This document shows positions 1 to 8,926 of a DNA stretch of 64,000 nt, piece after piece (the first letter of the stretch is position 1; each line of letters starts with the position of its first letter). The translations under genes were made by a program, and so were the position numbers. The stretch is taken from positions 17,482 through 81,481 of the forward strand of contig CAWFIB010000005.1 in NCBI GenBank assembly GCA_963815775.1. Reading direction: 5' to 3'. This DNA comes from an uncultured Acidobacteriaceae bacterium. GTDB taxonomy: Bacteria; Acidobacteriota; Terriglobia; Terriglobales; Acidobacteriaceae. The notes under the pieces are model-generated. The model was given only the letters and a program-made list of their open reading frames with translations. It was not told where the DNA came from and did no database searches.

Positions 1-300
1 GGGCTCGATAGCGAGGCGCGCATGAATGTGCCCAGCAAAATCTTGGGCAACTGGTCGTGGCGGCTGCGCCAGGGAGATCTTAACGAAGAGCTGGCGGCCC
101 GGCTGGCGCGATTGGTGGAACTCACCGACCGTGACGCCATCCTTCGCGAAGCGGAGCAGAGCCAAGAGCACGACGCGAGCCCGCAGACCTCATCGGGTGA
201 GCAGCGCAAAGGGAAGATGTGCGAACAAATCTCCACATTGCAGGGAACCACCGCTGTTCATGATTACTCTCTCCCCGGTGAAGATGTTGCGAAGCTCTGA
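1..300 (+). CDS. malQ: 4-alpha-glucanotransferase (GH77, MalQ-like), C-terminal fragment entering from the left edge
   Basis: Frame 1 is open from base 1. The translation DSEARMNVPSKILGNWSWRLRQGDLNEELAARLARLVELTDR resembles the conserved C-terminal RMNxPG..NWxWRL block of amylomaltases. It lies next to treY. The last ~55 aa look non-conserved and overlap the treY 3' end. Confidence 0.55.
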   Translation, partial: GLDSEARMNVPSKILGNWSWRLRQGDLNEELAARLARLVELTDRDAILREAEQSQEHDASPQTSSGEQRKGKMCEQISTLQGTTAVHDYSLPGEDVAKL

Positions 301-3237
301 GGTGGCCGTGCCCGGGCCAGGCAATATCTTCGTATCGTTCCACACCGGCCCAATCGGCTCACCTTCCGATCCTCGCATCAGGGTGTAAGGAAACCTCGCG
401 GCGGCCACGATTACCAACTCCCCCGCATAGCTTCTGGCGTAGGCAATGACGTTCTCTTCTTTACTGCCACGCGCAGAGAGAGGAATGTAATTCCCCTGGC
501 TGAACAGCGAGCGATGCTGCCGGCGGAAATTGAGCACAGCCTCGGTTAACCAGAGCTTGATTCGCCCGTCCTGGTAGTTCTCCAGCATGTCCCTGATGAA
601 TGCCGGGGTGTCGTTGTCGGCCTGCTCTCTGCAAATCCAATCCATCAGCCGCTGTCGTAAGGCGAAATCCACAGGCCTGCGATTGTCCGGGTCGACCAGG
701 CTGAAGTCCCACAGCTCCACGCCCTGGTAGATGTCAGGCACGCCCGGGCACGTCAGCTTGAGCAGCGTTTGCGTAAGCGAGTTGATAGCTCCGAAGTATT
801 TGACCGCCGGCATGAACTTCTGTATCGAGTCGTAAAACAAGTTGGCTTTGCCGCGCCATTGCGGGCTGAGAAGGCGCTGAATGAATTCTTTCAGCGCTTC
901 CACATATTCCGAATTGGGATTAACCCAGCTTAGATTGACCTTCGCTTCGTGAACGGCTTTTTCCATGTACTGCTGAATGCGTCCGGTGAACTCACGCTGC
1001 TCGTCCTGGCTGGCCATCTGCATGGGCAGCGTGCCCACGATTGTCTGGTAGAGCAGATATTCTTCATTGTTGTCGGGAACTACGCGACCGTCAGGGATTT
1101 CGATCTTGCGCGGACGGTTCATGCGCCGCCACTTCATCACAGCAGCGGACCAGGCGCGCGGCATTTCGGAGAGAACATCCAGGCGCGCGCGAACATCTTC
1201 GCTGCGCTTGGTGTCGTGGGTCGAGGTGGCGAGCATGGAATGCGGCCAGTGCTGCGCGCGTACCTGGTTGCCGTGGTGGAATTCGTCGATCGCGATTCCG
1301 AACTCGGCCGGCGAGCCCCCCACTTCATTGACGGCCACGAACCGGTTGTAGACATAGCACGTCGTATCTTCCAGACCTTTCGCCATAACCGGCCCGGTGA
1401 GCTGCTGGAATTTCAGCGTGAAGTAGAGCTGGCTGCGATACCCGTAAACAGCCGGGCCCTCATCAGCACCCTTGAGCAGCAGAACGTTTTGTAGAAAGTC
1501 GAGGGCCGGAGTGATGTCCGGGTTACGCCGCTTGGCCGCCGTGATCGCCGCTTCGATCGAGCCGCGGTCGTGCTCTGAGATATTGCCCAGTTCATCGATG
1601 TAGGTTCGGTAGATGGGGAAGCAGGCGATGGTCTCGCGGATCACGTTGCGCAGCACCAATCGCGTGAAATCACGCGCCCGGCGGTCCTGCATCGAGATGC
1701 GGTCGAGCAGGTGGCTGAGGACATTGACTTCGCTGGAAAGCGCCTTGAGCATCACCTGCTTCTTGCTTTCGTAGACGATCTGGTTTGGATCCAGGACGTC
1801 GTCGACGATGCGGTTGTAGAGGCTGGTGAAATAGCGCTCGTTACGGCTGTCGATCAGGATGCCATTCACCAGGTTCGCGAAGTCGTAGCCCACAGTGCCG
1901 TCCACTCGCCAACCAGGCAACTGCTCGCCGCGTTCGAGGATTTTTTCGACCACCAGGTACAGCGGGGCCGATTCGTCACTCCGACCCGCCGGCTCAGCAA
2001 AGGCTGCTTTCACCGCGAGTTCGATTCCATCATCGTCCGCCGCAGCAGAAGCTTGCGCCCCGCAGCAGCGGCTGGCGGCATACAGCATCTGCAGGCGCTT
2101 GAAATACTGCGCGGGGTTCAGCAGTCCATCGGGATGATCAATGCGCAGGCCGCTGACCAGCCCTTCCGCCAGAAGGCTGCGAATCAGGCAGTGGGTCGCA
2201 GCGAAGACCCGCGGATCCTCCATGCGCAAGCCGATCAAGTCGTTGATGTCGAAGAAGCGCCGGTAGTTGATTTCCTCTCCCGAGACCTGCCAGAACGCCA
2301 GTCGGTAGGCCTGGGCCTCCAGCAGCGCGTGCAGGCGATCAAAGCTGGACGGGTTTCCCGGACGGCCATTGCTTTTTTTCAGCGCGTCAGCAATTACGGC
2401 GGCAACTGCCGGGTCAGCTGCGAGCTTCGCCAGTCGCTGGCCAAGGATGGGAATCTCCCGCTGTCTGCGGGAGGTCAACTCAGGATCGGTAGTGCTGTTC
2501 GGCGGCAGTTGCCGCAGATCGGCCAGCAGGGTGCGAAATTCTCGAATGGGCTTTGTGTTCTCCGCACCTTTTGCCGGCGCAAGTTCGCCCAGCGGCTCGA
2601 AGATCAGCGGGATGGTTTGCGGATCCACCAGGACAACGTTTTCGAAGTAAGAAATGAAGAAGCGCCCTTCCTCGAAATTCAGCTTGACGTCGCCGCGCTC
2701 CAGCTCCTCGCCATAGGTGTTGCGGAGGATCGGAAGCAAGACTTTGTCGGACAGCTCCTCTTTGAGCGGCTCCCAATCGATGTCGAAATAATCGGCGTGC
2801 GCCGATGCGCGTCCATTCTGAAGTACATCCTGCCACCAGGGATTGGTGCCCGGGCCTATGCCCATGTGATTGGGGACCATATCCAGGATCAGCCCCATGC
2901 CATGCGCGTGAAGCTCATGCACCAAGGCACGGAATTCCTCCTCGGTACCGATCTCGGGATTGATTTGATTGTGATCAATCAGGTCGTAGCCATGCGCGCT
3001 GCCCGCACGTGCCTTCAGGATGGGCGAAGCATAACAATGCGAGATACCGAGCTTATGAAGATACGCCACTAGCCGCTGAGCGTCTTCGAATCGAAAATCA
3101 CCGTTGAGCTGCAAACGGTAGGTCGAGAGCGGCAGGGACAGTTCTTTTTGCCTCGAGAGCTGGCTGACGCACTCGGCCAGCGACAAGTTCTCCTGCGCAA
3201 CCGCCGTTTCGCTCATAGACATGATCAGGTTTGCCAC
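190..3237 (-). CDS. treY: malto-oligosyltrehalose synthase (GH13, TreY)
   Basis: 1015-aa ORF. The N-terminus STYRLQLNGDFRFEDAQRLVAYLHKLGISHCYASPILKARAGSAHGYDLIDHNQINPEIGTEEEF...GMGLILDMVPNHMG is the TreY signature. Confidence 0.9.
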   Translation of the reverse strand: MANLIMSMSETAVAQENLSLAECVSQLSRQKELSLPLSTYRLQLNGDFRFEDAQRLVAYLHKLGISHCYASPILKARAGSAHGYDLIDHNQINPEIGTEEEFRALVHELHAHGMGLILDMVPNHMGIGPGTNPWWQDVLQNGRASAHADYFDIDWEPLKEELSDKVLLPILRNTYGEELERGDVKLNFEEGRFFISYFENVVLVDPQTIPLIFEPLGELAPAKGAENTKPIREFRTLLADLRQLPPNSTTDPELTSRRQREIPILGQRLAKLAADPAVAAVIADALKKSNGRPGNPSSFDRLHALLEAQAYRLAFWQVSGEEINYRRFFDINDLIGLRMEDPRVFAATHCLIRSLLAEGLVSGLRIDHPDGLLNPAQYFKRLQMLYAASRCCGAQASAAADDDGIELAVKAAFAEPAGRSDESAPLYLVVEKILERGEQLPGWRVDGTVGYDFANLVNGILIDSRNERYFTSLYNRIVDDVLDPNQIVYESKKQVMLKALSSEVNVLSHLLDRISMQDRRARDFTRLVLRNVIRETIACFPIYRTYIDELGNISEHDRGSIEAAITAAKRRNPDITPALDFLQNVLLLKGADEGPAVYGYRSQLYFTLKFQQLTGPVMAKGLEDTTCYVYNRFVAVNEVGGSPAEFGIAIDEFHHGNQVRAQHWPHSMLATSTHDTKRSEDVRARLDVLSEMPRAWSAAVMKWRRMNRPRKIEIPDGRVVPDNNEEYLLYQTIVGTLPMQMASQDEQREFTGRIQQYMEKAVHEAKVNLSWVNPNSEYVEALKEFIQRLLSPQWRGKANLFYDSIQKFMPAVKYFGAINSLTQTLLKLTCPGVPDIYQGVELWDFSLVDPDNRRPVDFALRQRLMDWICREQADNDTPAFIRDMLENYQDGRIKLWLTEAVLNFRRQHRSLFSQGNYIPLSARGSKEENVIAYARSYAGELVIVAAARFPYTLMRGSEGEPIGPVWNDTKILPGPGTATSELRNIFTGERVIMNSGGSLQCGDLFAHLPFALLTR

Positions 3238-3305
3238 ACTGCCTCAGTCAGGCAGATCGTGTTACTGAAAGGTGTTTAAGACGCGCCCCGTACGCATTCC
3301 ACTGG

Positions 3306-3410
3306 TTAGGGAAGGTCTGATTAAGTCCGGACTTTGAAGGGGACGGCCTTCAGGCCGTTCATAAGTGCCTCGAATAAAGCTGAAGGTCTTCGACGATCGG
3401 ACCTAATCAG
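3306..3410 (+). repeat. ~105-nt dispersed element (family A core: ctttgaagggg + GC hairpin ggacggcc-ttca-ggccgtc)
   Basis: It aligns along most of its length with the reverse complement of 21327-21440, which carries an extra internal hairpin insertion. Confidence 0.8.
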
Positions 3411-3597
3411 ATTTTCCTTAGCGCTTAGGTTACAGCCGATTTCATAGATGCTTTGTCAGGAAGCTGCGGTTGTTTGGCGCTACGCTGCGAATGGATGGAT
3501 CGTGCTTGTGAGAATCGTAAACGATGGGCCCGTTGTGGCTTGCCATCTTCAGAGCAGGGAGGGCGTTGCGATGACAAGCCACACAGCAGAGATTGCG

Positions 3598-4203
3598 TCA
3601 GCCTTCCATCGTGCCGACCTCGATCGGCTGCTCCTCGGTCTCGACCGATCCGCTGAGCGCTTTCAATCCATACTCGTAACCTTTGTCGAAGGCCTTCAGG
3701 TTTAGATCAATGAAAGCTTTAGGCGCGGAGTCGGCAATAGCGTCGCGTAGCGACTCGGGCTTGAGCAGTCCGCTGACCGCGCCGAAAAACCCGACCATCA
3801 CGATGTTCAGCACCATGCGCTTGCCCAGTGCCTCGGCCAGGCGCGTGGCTGGAACGCTGTAGACCCGCACGCCCGGAGGAAGCGCCTCGACTCGCACCAT
3901 GTCCTGCTCGATGATGAGCAGTCCATTCTCCTTGAGCTGCGGAGTAAACAGCGAGTATGCCTCCTGCGACATCACGACCAGAATGTCGGTTCGGGTGACG
4001 TAGGGATACAGCACCGGCTCGTCCGACAGAATGACCTGCGCGCTGCAAGCCCCGCCGCGAGCTTCCGGTCCGAACGACTGGGTCATGGTCGAGTAGCCGT
4101 TCTCATAGATGCAACCGGCTTTGCCGATTACGATGGCCGACAGGATCACGCCCTGCCCGCCAAATCCGGCAATGCGGATTTCCGTTAGATTTCGCATTCG
4201 CAT
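3598..4203 (-). CDS. 2-oxoacid:ferredoxin oxidoreductase, gamma subunit
   Basis: IRIAGFGGQGVILSAIVIGKAG...SFGPEARGGACSAQVILSD is typical of the POR/KOR gamma domain. It is last in a four-gene operon and its start overlaps the beta subunit stop. Confidence 0.85.
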   Translation of the reverse strand: MRMRNLTEIRIAGFGGQGVILSAIVIGKAGCIYENGYSTMTQSFGPEARGGACSAQVILSDEPVLYPYVTRTDILVVMSQEAYSLFTPQLKENGLLIIEQDMVRVEALPPGVRVYSVPATRLAEALGKRMVLNIVMVGFFGAVSGLLKPESLRDAIADSAPKAFIDLNLKAFDKGYEYGLKALSGSVETEEQPIEVGTMEG

Positions 4204-5057
4204 GCCTCCTTCTCGACGTACCGTTCGCCCAGGGTTTCAATCATCTTGTCGTGCATCAGATCGCGGTAGTCGGTGCGCTCGCGGTCGACGAATTTGCCCA
4301 CGATAATCTCACCCGACTTGCCCAGGCCGACTTCGTTCGTCGGTGCGCCATTGCGGATTTTGCTGAACTCCTTGTAGTACACCATGGTATCGAGGCCGTC
4401 GCCCATCTTGTTGCGGCGCTGATACAGTGTCGGGCAGGGCGAAAGCACCTCGATGAAGCAGAAACCCTTCTTGGAGAACATCTCCTGCATGGCGCGCGCC
4501 AGTTGACGAACGTGGAAGGTCGTCCAGCGCGCGACGTAGACCGCGCCCGCGGCTTCCACCAGGTACGGCAGGTTGAACGCCGCATCGAACGTGCCATACG
4601 GGTTGGTCGAGGTGATCACCGAGTTTGGCGTGGTCGGCGCAGTCTGCCCGCCCGTCATGGCGTAGATCAGGTTATTGATGCAGATTACCTTCAGGTCCAC
4701 ATTGCGGCGCGCCGCGTGGATCAGGTGGTTCCCGCCGATGGCGAACAGGTCCCCGTCACCGGAGTAGACCACCACGTTCAGCTTGGGATTGGCCAGCTTC
4801 AATCCCGTCGCAAACGGGATCGCCCGGCCGTGCGTGGTGTGGAACGAGTCCTGATTCATGTACCCGGCGACGCGGCCGGTACAGCCGATGCCGGAAACGA
4901 TAGCTACATTCTTCAGGTCCAGCTTGGAGTCGATCAGCGCGCGGCTGAAGCAATTGACGCTGGTGCCGATGCCGCAGCCCGGACACCAGATGTGCGGCAT
5001 ACGGTCGCTGCGCAGAAACGGCTCAACCGGGTTAATCAGGTTCATCGTCGTGCTCAT
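4185..5057 (-). CDS. 2-oxoacid:ferredoxin oxidoreductase, beta (TPP-binding) subunit
   Basis: WCPGCGIG motif and TPP-binding GDGD...GGNH region. I chose the start MSTTMNL at 5057 because it gives a 4-nt ATGA overlap with the alpha subunit stop. The longest ORF extends to 5141. Confidence 0.9.
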   Translation of the reverse strand: MSTTMNLINPVEPFLRSDRMPHIWCPGCGIGTSVNCFSRALIDSKLDLKNVAIVSGIGCTGRVAGYMNQDSFHTTHGRAIPFATGLKLANPKLNVVVYSGDGDLFAIGGNHLIHAARRNVDLKVICINNLIYAMTGGQTAPTTPNSVITSTNPYGTFDAAFNLPYLVEAAGAVYVARWTTFHVRQLARAMQEMFSKKGFCFIEVLSPCPTLYQRRNKMGDGLDTMVYYKEFSKIRNGAPTNEVGLGKSGEIIVGKFVDRERTDYRDLMHDKMIETLGERYVEKEACECEI

Positions 5058-6211
5058 CGCGTCACCTCCAGGATGGCGTTGAGAATGTCTTCGGGATTGT
5101 GGACGCTGCCGCCGGCGTGCGAAACCAGACGAACCACACACTTGCCGGCAGCGGCGCGCTCAACCTCGCGCACCATCTGGCCGAGATTAATCTCCGGTAC
5201 GACAAGGGCCTTGATCTTGGCCGCGATCTCGGCGATTTTCTTTTCCGGGAAGGGCCACGCGGTAATCAGGCGGAACGTCCCGACCCGGATGCCTTTCTCA
5301 TGCGCTAACTCAATGGCTCGCTGGGCCACGCGCGACGTGATGCCGTACGACACGACCACCACCTCGGCGCCGTCGATGTCGTGCTCTTCGTAGAGCAGGA
5401 TCTTGTCGGCATTCTTCGTGATCTTGTTCTGCAGCCGCCTGATCAGCCGGTCCTGGACCGCCGGCTTCATGTTGGGATAGCCGCGCTCGTCATGGGTGAG
5501 GCCGGTAACGTGGACGTTGTAGCCCTCGCCCACACGCGGCATGTCGGGAACGAGGTCGCCCTTCGGTTCAAACGCCAGGAATTCTTCCGGCGGCAGGGTA
5601 GTGTACCTGCGAGGCGTCACCTCGATCTTGTCAGCCTCGGGAATGACCACTTTCTCCGTCATGTGGCCGACCACTTCGTCCATCATGACGAACACCGGAC
5701 AGCGATACTGCTCGGAGTAGTTGAAGGCCGTGATGGTGAGGTCGAAGCATTCCTGCGGCGAGTTCGGACACAGGGCGATGATCTCGTAGTCGCCGTGCGA
5801 GCCCCACCTCACCTGCATCATGTCGCCTTGCGCGGGAAGTGTCGGCAGTCCGGTCGATGGCCCGCCACGCTGCACGTCGACGAAGACGCAAGGTGTTTCC
5901 GTCATGGCGGCATAGCCGATGTGCTCCATCATGAGCGAGAAGCCCGGGCCCGAAGTCACGGTGAAGGCTTTCGCTCCGCCCCACACTGCGCCTTGCAGTG
6001 TGATCGAGGCGGCGAGTTCGTCCTCCATCTGGATGAAGGTTCCACCTATGGTGGGGACCCGCGACGCGAAGCGCTCGACCACTTCCGTGGATGGCGTAAT
6101 GGGATATCCCGACGAGAAGCGTGCCCCCGCTGCTAATGCTCCTTCGCAGCAGGCCTGATCGCCATCAAGGAAATGCGAACCGGTCAGTACTCCGGCAGGG
6201 TCAGCGTGCAT
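5054..6211 (-). CDS. 2-oxoacid:ferredoxin oxidoreductase, alpha subunit
   Basis: GYPITPSTEVVE...FIQMEDELAASITLQGAVWGGAKAFTVTSGPGFSLMMEHIGYAAMTETPCVFVDVQRGGPSTGLPT is the KorA/OorA-type alpha subunit signature. Confidence 0.9.
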   Translation of the reverse strand: MHADPAGVLTGSHFLDGDQACCEGALAAGARFSSGYPITPSTEVVERFASRVPTIGGTFIQMEDELAASITLQGAVWGGAKAFTVTSGPGFSLMMEHIGYAAMTETPCVFVDVQRGGPSTGLPTLPAQGDMMQVRWGSHGDYEIIALCPNSPQECFDLTITAFNYSEQYRCPVFVMMDEVVGHMTEKVVIPEADKIEVTPRRYTTLPPEEFLAFEPKGDLVPDMPRVGEGYNVHVTGLTHDERGYPNMKPAVQDRLIRRLQNKITKNADKILLYEEHDIDGAEVVVVSYGITSRVAQRAIELAHEKGIRVGTFRLITAWPFPEKKIAEIAAKIKALVVPEINLGQMVREVERAAAGKCVVRLVSHAGGSVHNPEDILNAILEVTR

Positions 6212-6500
6212 CTTGTGCCTCCTCTCCCGGCGCCGGCGCTGGTGCTGCTGGCTTCGCCTCCGGGGCCGTCTCCTGTTTTGGTGGCGCCGGATTCTTGTAT
6301 CCGAAAATGGCGAAGTCGGGGCAGTACATGCCGCACAAATCGCAGCCGCTGCACTTTTCCGGGTGGACCATGTATGGCGGGTGATAGCCCTTGGCGTTGA
6401 ATGCGGAGGACAGTGCCAGGGCCTTGGTGGGACAGAACTCTACGCAGAATCCGCAAGCTTTACATCGCTCGACTACGATTTGCACCGATCCTTTGGCCAT
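6201..6500 (-). CDS. 2-oxoacid:ferredoxin oxidoreductase, delta subunit (2x[4Fe-4S] ferredoxin)
   Basis: Two Cys clusters, CKACGFCVEFCP and CSGCDLCGMYCP. It is the first gene of the operon, giving the D-A-B-C order seen in OorDABC-type enzymes. It has a Pro/Ala-rich C-terminal tail. Confidence 0.8.
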   Translation of the reverse strand: MAKGSVQIVVERCKACGFCVEFCPTKALALSSAFNAKGYHPPYMVHPEKCSGCDLCGMYCPDFAIFGYKNPAPPKQETAPEAKPAAPAPAPGEEAQDAR

Positions 6501-6782
6501 CGCTGAGCTTCCTTTGTGCGCGCGAGCAGGAGAAAAATGAAATATGAATACCCGCTCGCTATCGCATTGAACTTACGTTGCGGTTGGACCTCACCCCAAG
6601 GTTTTCAAAAGGGAGACCTACCGAACGATGCTTTGATTCTGGCCTACCGTATGCCCGAGTCGAAGTGACGGCTGTCACACGGTGATGTGAGGGGTGGACA
6701 AGGGCCCGGGAAGCACCCCTTCCGAGCTGCAATCAGGTTTATCACAGAGGCACAGAGAACACGAAGGTAGACCGTTCCCCGA

Positions 6783-6817
6783 ACAATAAAGGCGCCTTTC
6801 CAGCAACGCAGAGGCGC
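6783..6817 (-). terminator. possible intrinsic terminator after the YD-repeat gene
   Basis: On the minus strand, a gcgcct/aggcgc 6-bp GC stem is followed by ctttattgtt. The stem is short and the loop is long. Confidence 0.3.
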
Positions 6818-6846
6818 TTGGCAGGCCCGAACCCGCCGTACAGGAG

Positions 6847-7986
6847 TTATCTGTCCGGGTAGTACCTGAGAGTGCGTTCGACAGTCGCCGAGGTCGTAGC
6901 CTCGCCGTTTGCGGCGCCGGAGGTTGTCGTCCTCCTTGTCCAGTTACCCCGAGCATCGTATTCGTATGCGTAGTGTGTTTCAATCCGCTTAGGCTCGAGC
7001 GCTTGGGGCGTGGAAACGGGGAAGAGCTTGCCGGCATCGTCTAGTTTGAACTCGCCACCTGGATTGGCTGTCCTTGTCTCCAGAGTGATCTCGTCGCTGA
7101 TGTCGCCGTGGTCGTTATACCTGATCGCTGTAAACGTACTACTGCCCACAGCTCCGCCGATGAGCTGCTTTTCGACCACACGGCCTTGGGAGTCATATTT
7201 ATACTTCGACTCACCCGTATAAAAAGCGCTCGCGATGAAATCTGCCATCGCTTTCTTTTGTGCTTCGTTGAGTTGGCTTCCTAATTCTTCAGGGACCACG
7301 GTTTGCGCTTCTTCGGGCACGAGTTTGTCACCCTCGATGTTTCCTTGACCGTCGTAGGTCCTAATGATCCGCATTGCCAAATTGCCGCTAGCGTCGCGAA
7401 CCTGCCCCTCGAGAGGCCGATTCTGTTCGTCGTAGATCGTGGTGATGGTCCCGCCGGATGGCGGGGGGAACGGAAGATCGCTGCCCTCCCATGTAATGGC
7501 GCCAACCCCGACATTGCGCTCCGCGGAGCGCTCGGGGAAATGCTCTGTCACCCGCTTTGGGCCATCCTTACCATACTCATAGTCCATTTGCTGCGCGCCA
7601 GAGGCGGAGTTGACTGAAATTAGCTGGCCTTCAGCATCGTAAACATAGATAGTGTCGAATTTCGTTGTGCCTGATTGGGCCTCATTCCCGGCTGAAATCT
7701 TGAGAAGACGACCAGCAGTGTCGTAGGTGTACGTCGTCACATAATCGGTGCCTGTGCTTGCTGCTACGCGTTGTTCCAGCAGCCAACCTTCCACCGAGAA
7801 TTCGGAGGTGGTGGTAATCGTACGCTCGCCTACATAGTTCGAAGACGGGTAGGTCGTGCGCTCCGTACATTGTCGCACCCGGTCATGAAGTTCGTAGTCT
7901 GAAGCCCTTGTTTTTGGCAAGTCTGTGCCTCCCGTTGTAATCGCTAGAAAGATGATTGGGATAATGGCGGATGGTAGCGCCCGCAT
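6847..7986 (-). CDS. secreted YD/RHS-repeat protein (short, ~379 aa)
   Basis: Repeated YD-type motifs are present (TYTYDTAGRLL, YVYDAEGQLISV, KYKYDSQGRVVEK, YEYDARGNWTRR). I chose the start at 7986 (MRALPSAIIPIIFLAITTGG, signal-like) because a perfect AGGAGG lies about 5 nt upstream. The longest ORF extends to 8013. Confidence 0.7.
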   Translation of the reverse strand: MRALPSAIIPIIFLAITTGGTDLPKTRASDYELHDRVRQCTERTTYPSSNYVGERTITTTSEFSVEGWLLEQRVAASTGTDYVTTYTYDTAGRLLKISAGNEAQSGTTKFDTIYVYDAEGQLISVNSASGAQQMDYEYGKDGPKRVTEHFPERSAERNVGVGAITWEGSDLPFPPPSGGTITTIYDEQNRPLEGQVRDASGNLAMRIIRTYDGQGNIEGDKLVPEEAQTVVPEELGSQLNEAQKKAMADFIASAFYTGESKYKYDSQGRVVEKQLIGGAVGSSTFTAIRYNDHGDISDEITLETRTANPGGEFKLDDAGKLFPVSTPQALEPKRIETHYAYEYDARGNWTRRTTTSGAANGEATTSATVERTLRYYPDR

Positions 7987-8034
7987 ATGACCTCCTAGCT
8001 CGCGATTCGGCATTAGTTAGTGGACGCAACTTTC

Positions 8035-8069
8035 CTGCCCCACCCTAAATATGCGGCCGGGTGGGGCAG
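8035..8069 (-). terminator. perfect 11-bp inverted repeat (ctgccccaccc / gggtggggcag) between the Cys-rich gene and the YD gene
   Basis: Read directly. The loop is 13 nt and no U-tract follows on the minus strand, so it may be an attenuator or RNA-stability hairpin rather than a classic terminator. Confidence 0.35.
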
Positions 8070-8119
8070 TCCAAATACTTTGTTGCTCACCGTGCCCACC
8101 GGATCCAGCCAACAGTATC

Positions 8120-8926
8120 TTAGTAGTTGACCGGTGTACAGTGCTGCGGACTGATGTTACTCGTCGGCAACGCCAAGGCTTGTGAGAAACATCTCCATGG
8201 CTGGTTCGTCTCCTTGTAGATCAGGAAATACGTGTCCCAGGCTGGACGGCAGACGCCATCAGAGACATGAACGGAACCAACAGAACACAGTGGAGGACCG
8301 TTCGTACAGGATGAGCTCACAGAGCAGTTGTTATTCATCTGACCGCCGTTCCAAACTTCTTTAGTGTACGCACCGGCCCCGATGATGATGTCAACGAAGT
8401 CGGCAAAGTCAACGAAATTCTTGATTGACGCCACGCCGTAATTTACGGGACAGATTGCTGCTGAAGGACAGTAAGCAACGTAGTACGGTGGATTGTATTG
8501 AGCTGGCTCAAACCCTTCCAGGCTCCAGTAATAAAGCTCTACATTAGACCAGCTGATTAGATAAGCCAAAGACGGGTATTGGTAGTAGGTTGGGTTGGGA
8601 GCTCCCGAACAAAAAACATCCGCTTCCACTGCAAAGTCCAGGCCAACGCTTGAGCCGTTTGCCGGGACATACACTGCTGGTCCAGTGTGGACCTGGTCCA
8701 CGGCACGCCCCAAAGCGACTCTGGTGCCGCCAACCCATGTGGCGTCATTGTTCAACTGTATTTTCGGTCGAACGGTACATAGTGGCCGGTATGACCCTTC
8801 AATCCAGTCGCTCACGTCGTCGATGCCGCTTATCTCAGCTGTCGGAGTTACGTTTGCGCTATGGTCCCCGTTATAGCTCACGGTATAGCTATAGTAGAAA
8901 GAGTATGCCGCGTTTTGTGCGGCCAC
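8120..8926 (-). CDS. hypothetical secreted protein, Tyr-rich with 10 Cys
   Basis: 268-aa ORF starting at a GTG. It has an even Cys count (10) and no family I recognise. The in-frame upstream sequence encodes a signal-peptide-like segment with no canonical start (see findings). Confidence 0.55.
   Translation of the reverse strand: MAAQNAAYSFYYSYTVSYNGDHSANVTPTAEISGIDDVSDWIEGSYRPLCTVRPKIQLNNDATWVGGTRVALGRAVDQVHTGPAVYVPANGSSVGLDFAVEADVFCSGAPNPTYYQYPSLAYLISWSNVELYYWSLEGFEPAQYNPPYYVAYCPSAAICPVNYGVASIKNFVDFADFVDIIIGAGAYTKEVWNGGQMNNNCSVSSSCTNGPPLCSVGSVHVSDGVCRPAWDTYFLIYKETNQPWRCFSQALALPTSNISPQHCTPVNY

Noticed and set aside
26-388. Alternative 120-aa ORF at the left edge in another frame.
   Set aside because: It is Arg/Pro/Ser-rich with no motif, whereas frame 1 gives the conserved amylomaltase C-terminal block.
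1711-3072. Very long ORFs antisense to well-supported genes. This includes 1711-3072 as well as 4251-5393, 11249-12379, 13158-14060, 26716-28056, 38737-39618, 40287-41366, 45009-46103, 46623-47804, 47993-48880 and 57398-58375.
   Set aside because: All are mirror frames of genes with strong family signatures on the other strand. Their translations are Arg/His/Gln/Gly-rich with no recognisable motifs. Stop-poor antisense frames are expected in ~60 percent GC DNA.
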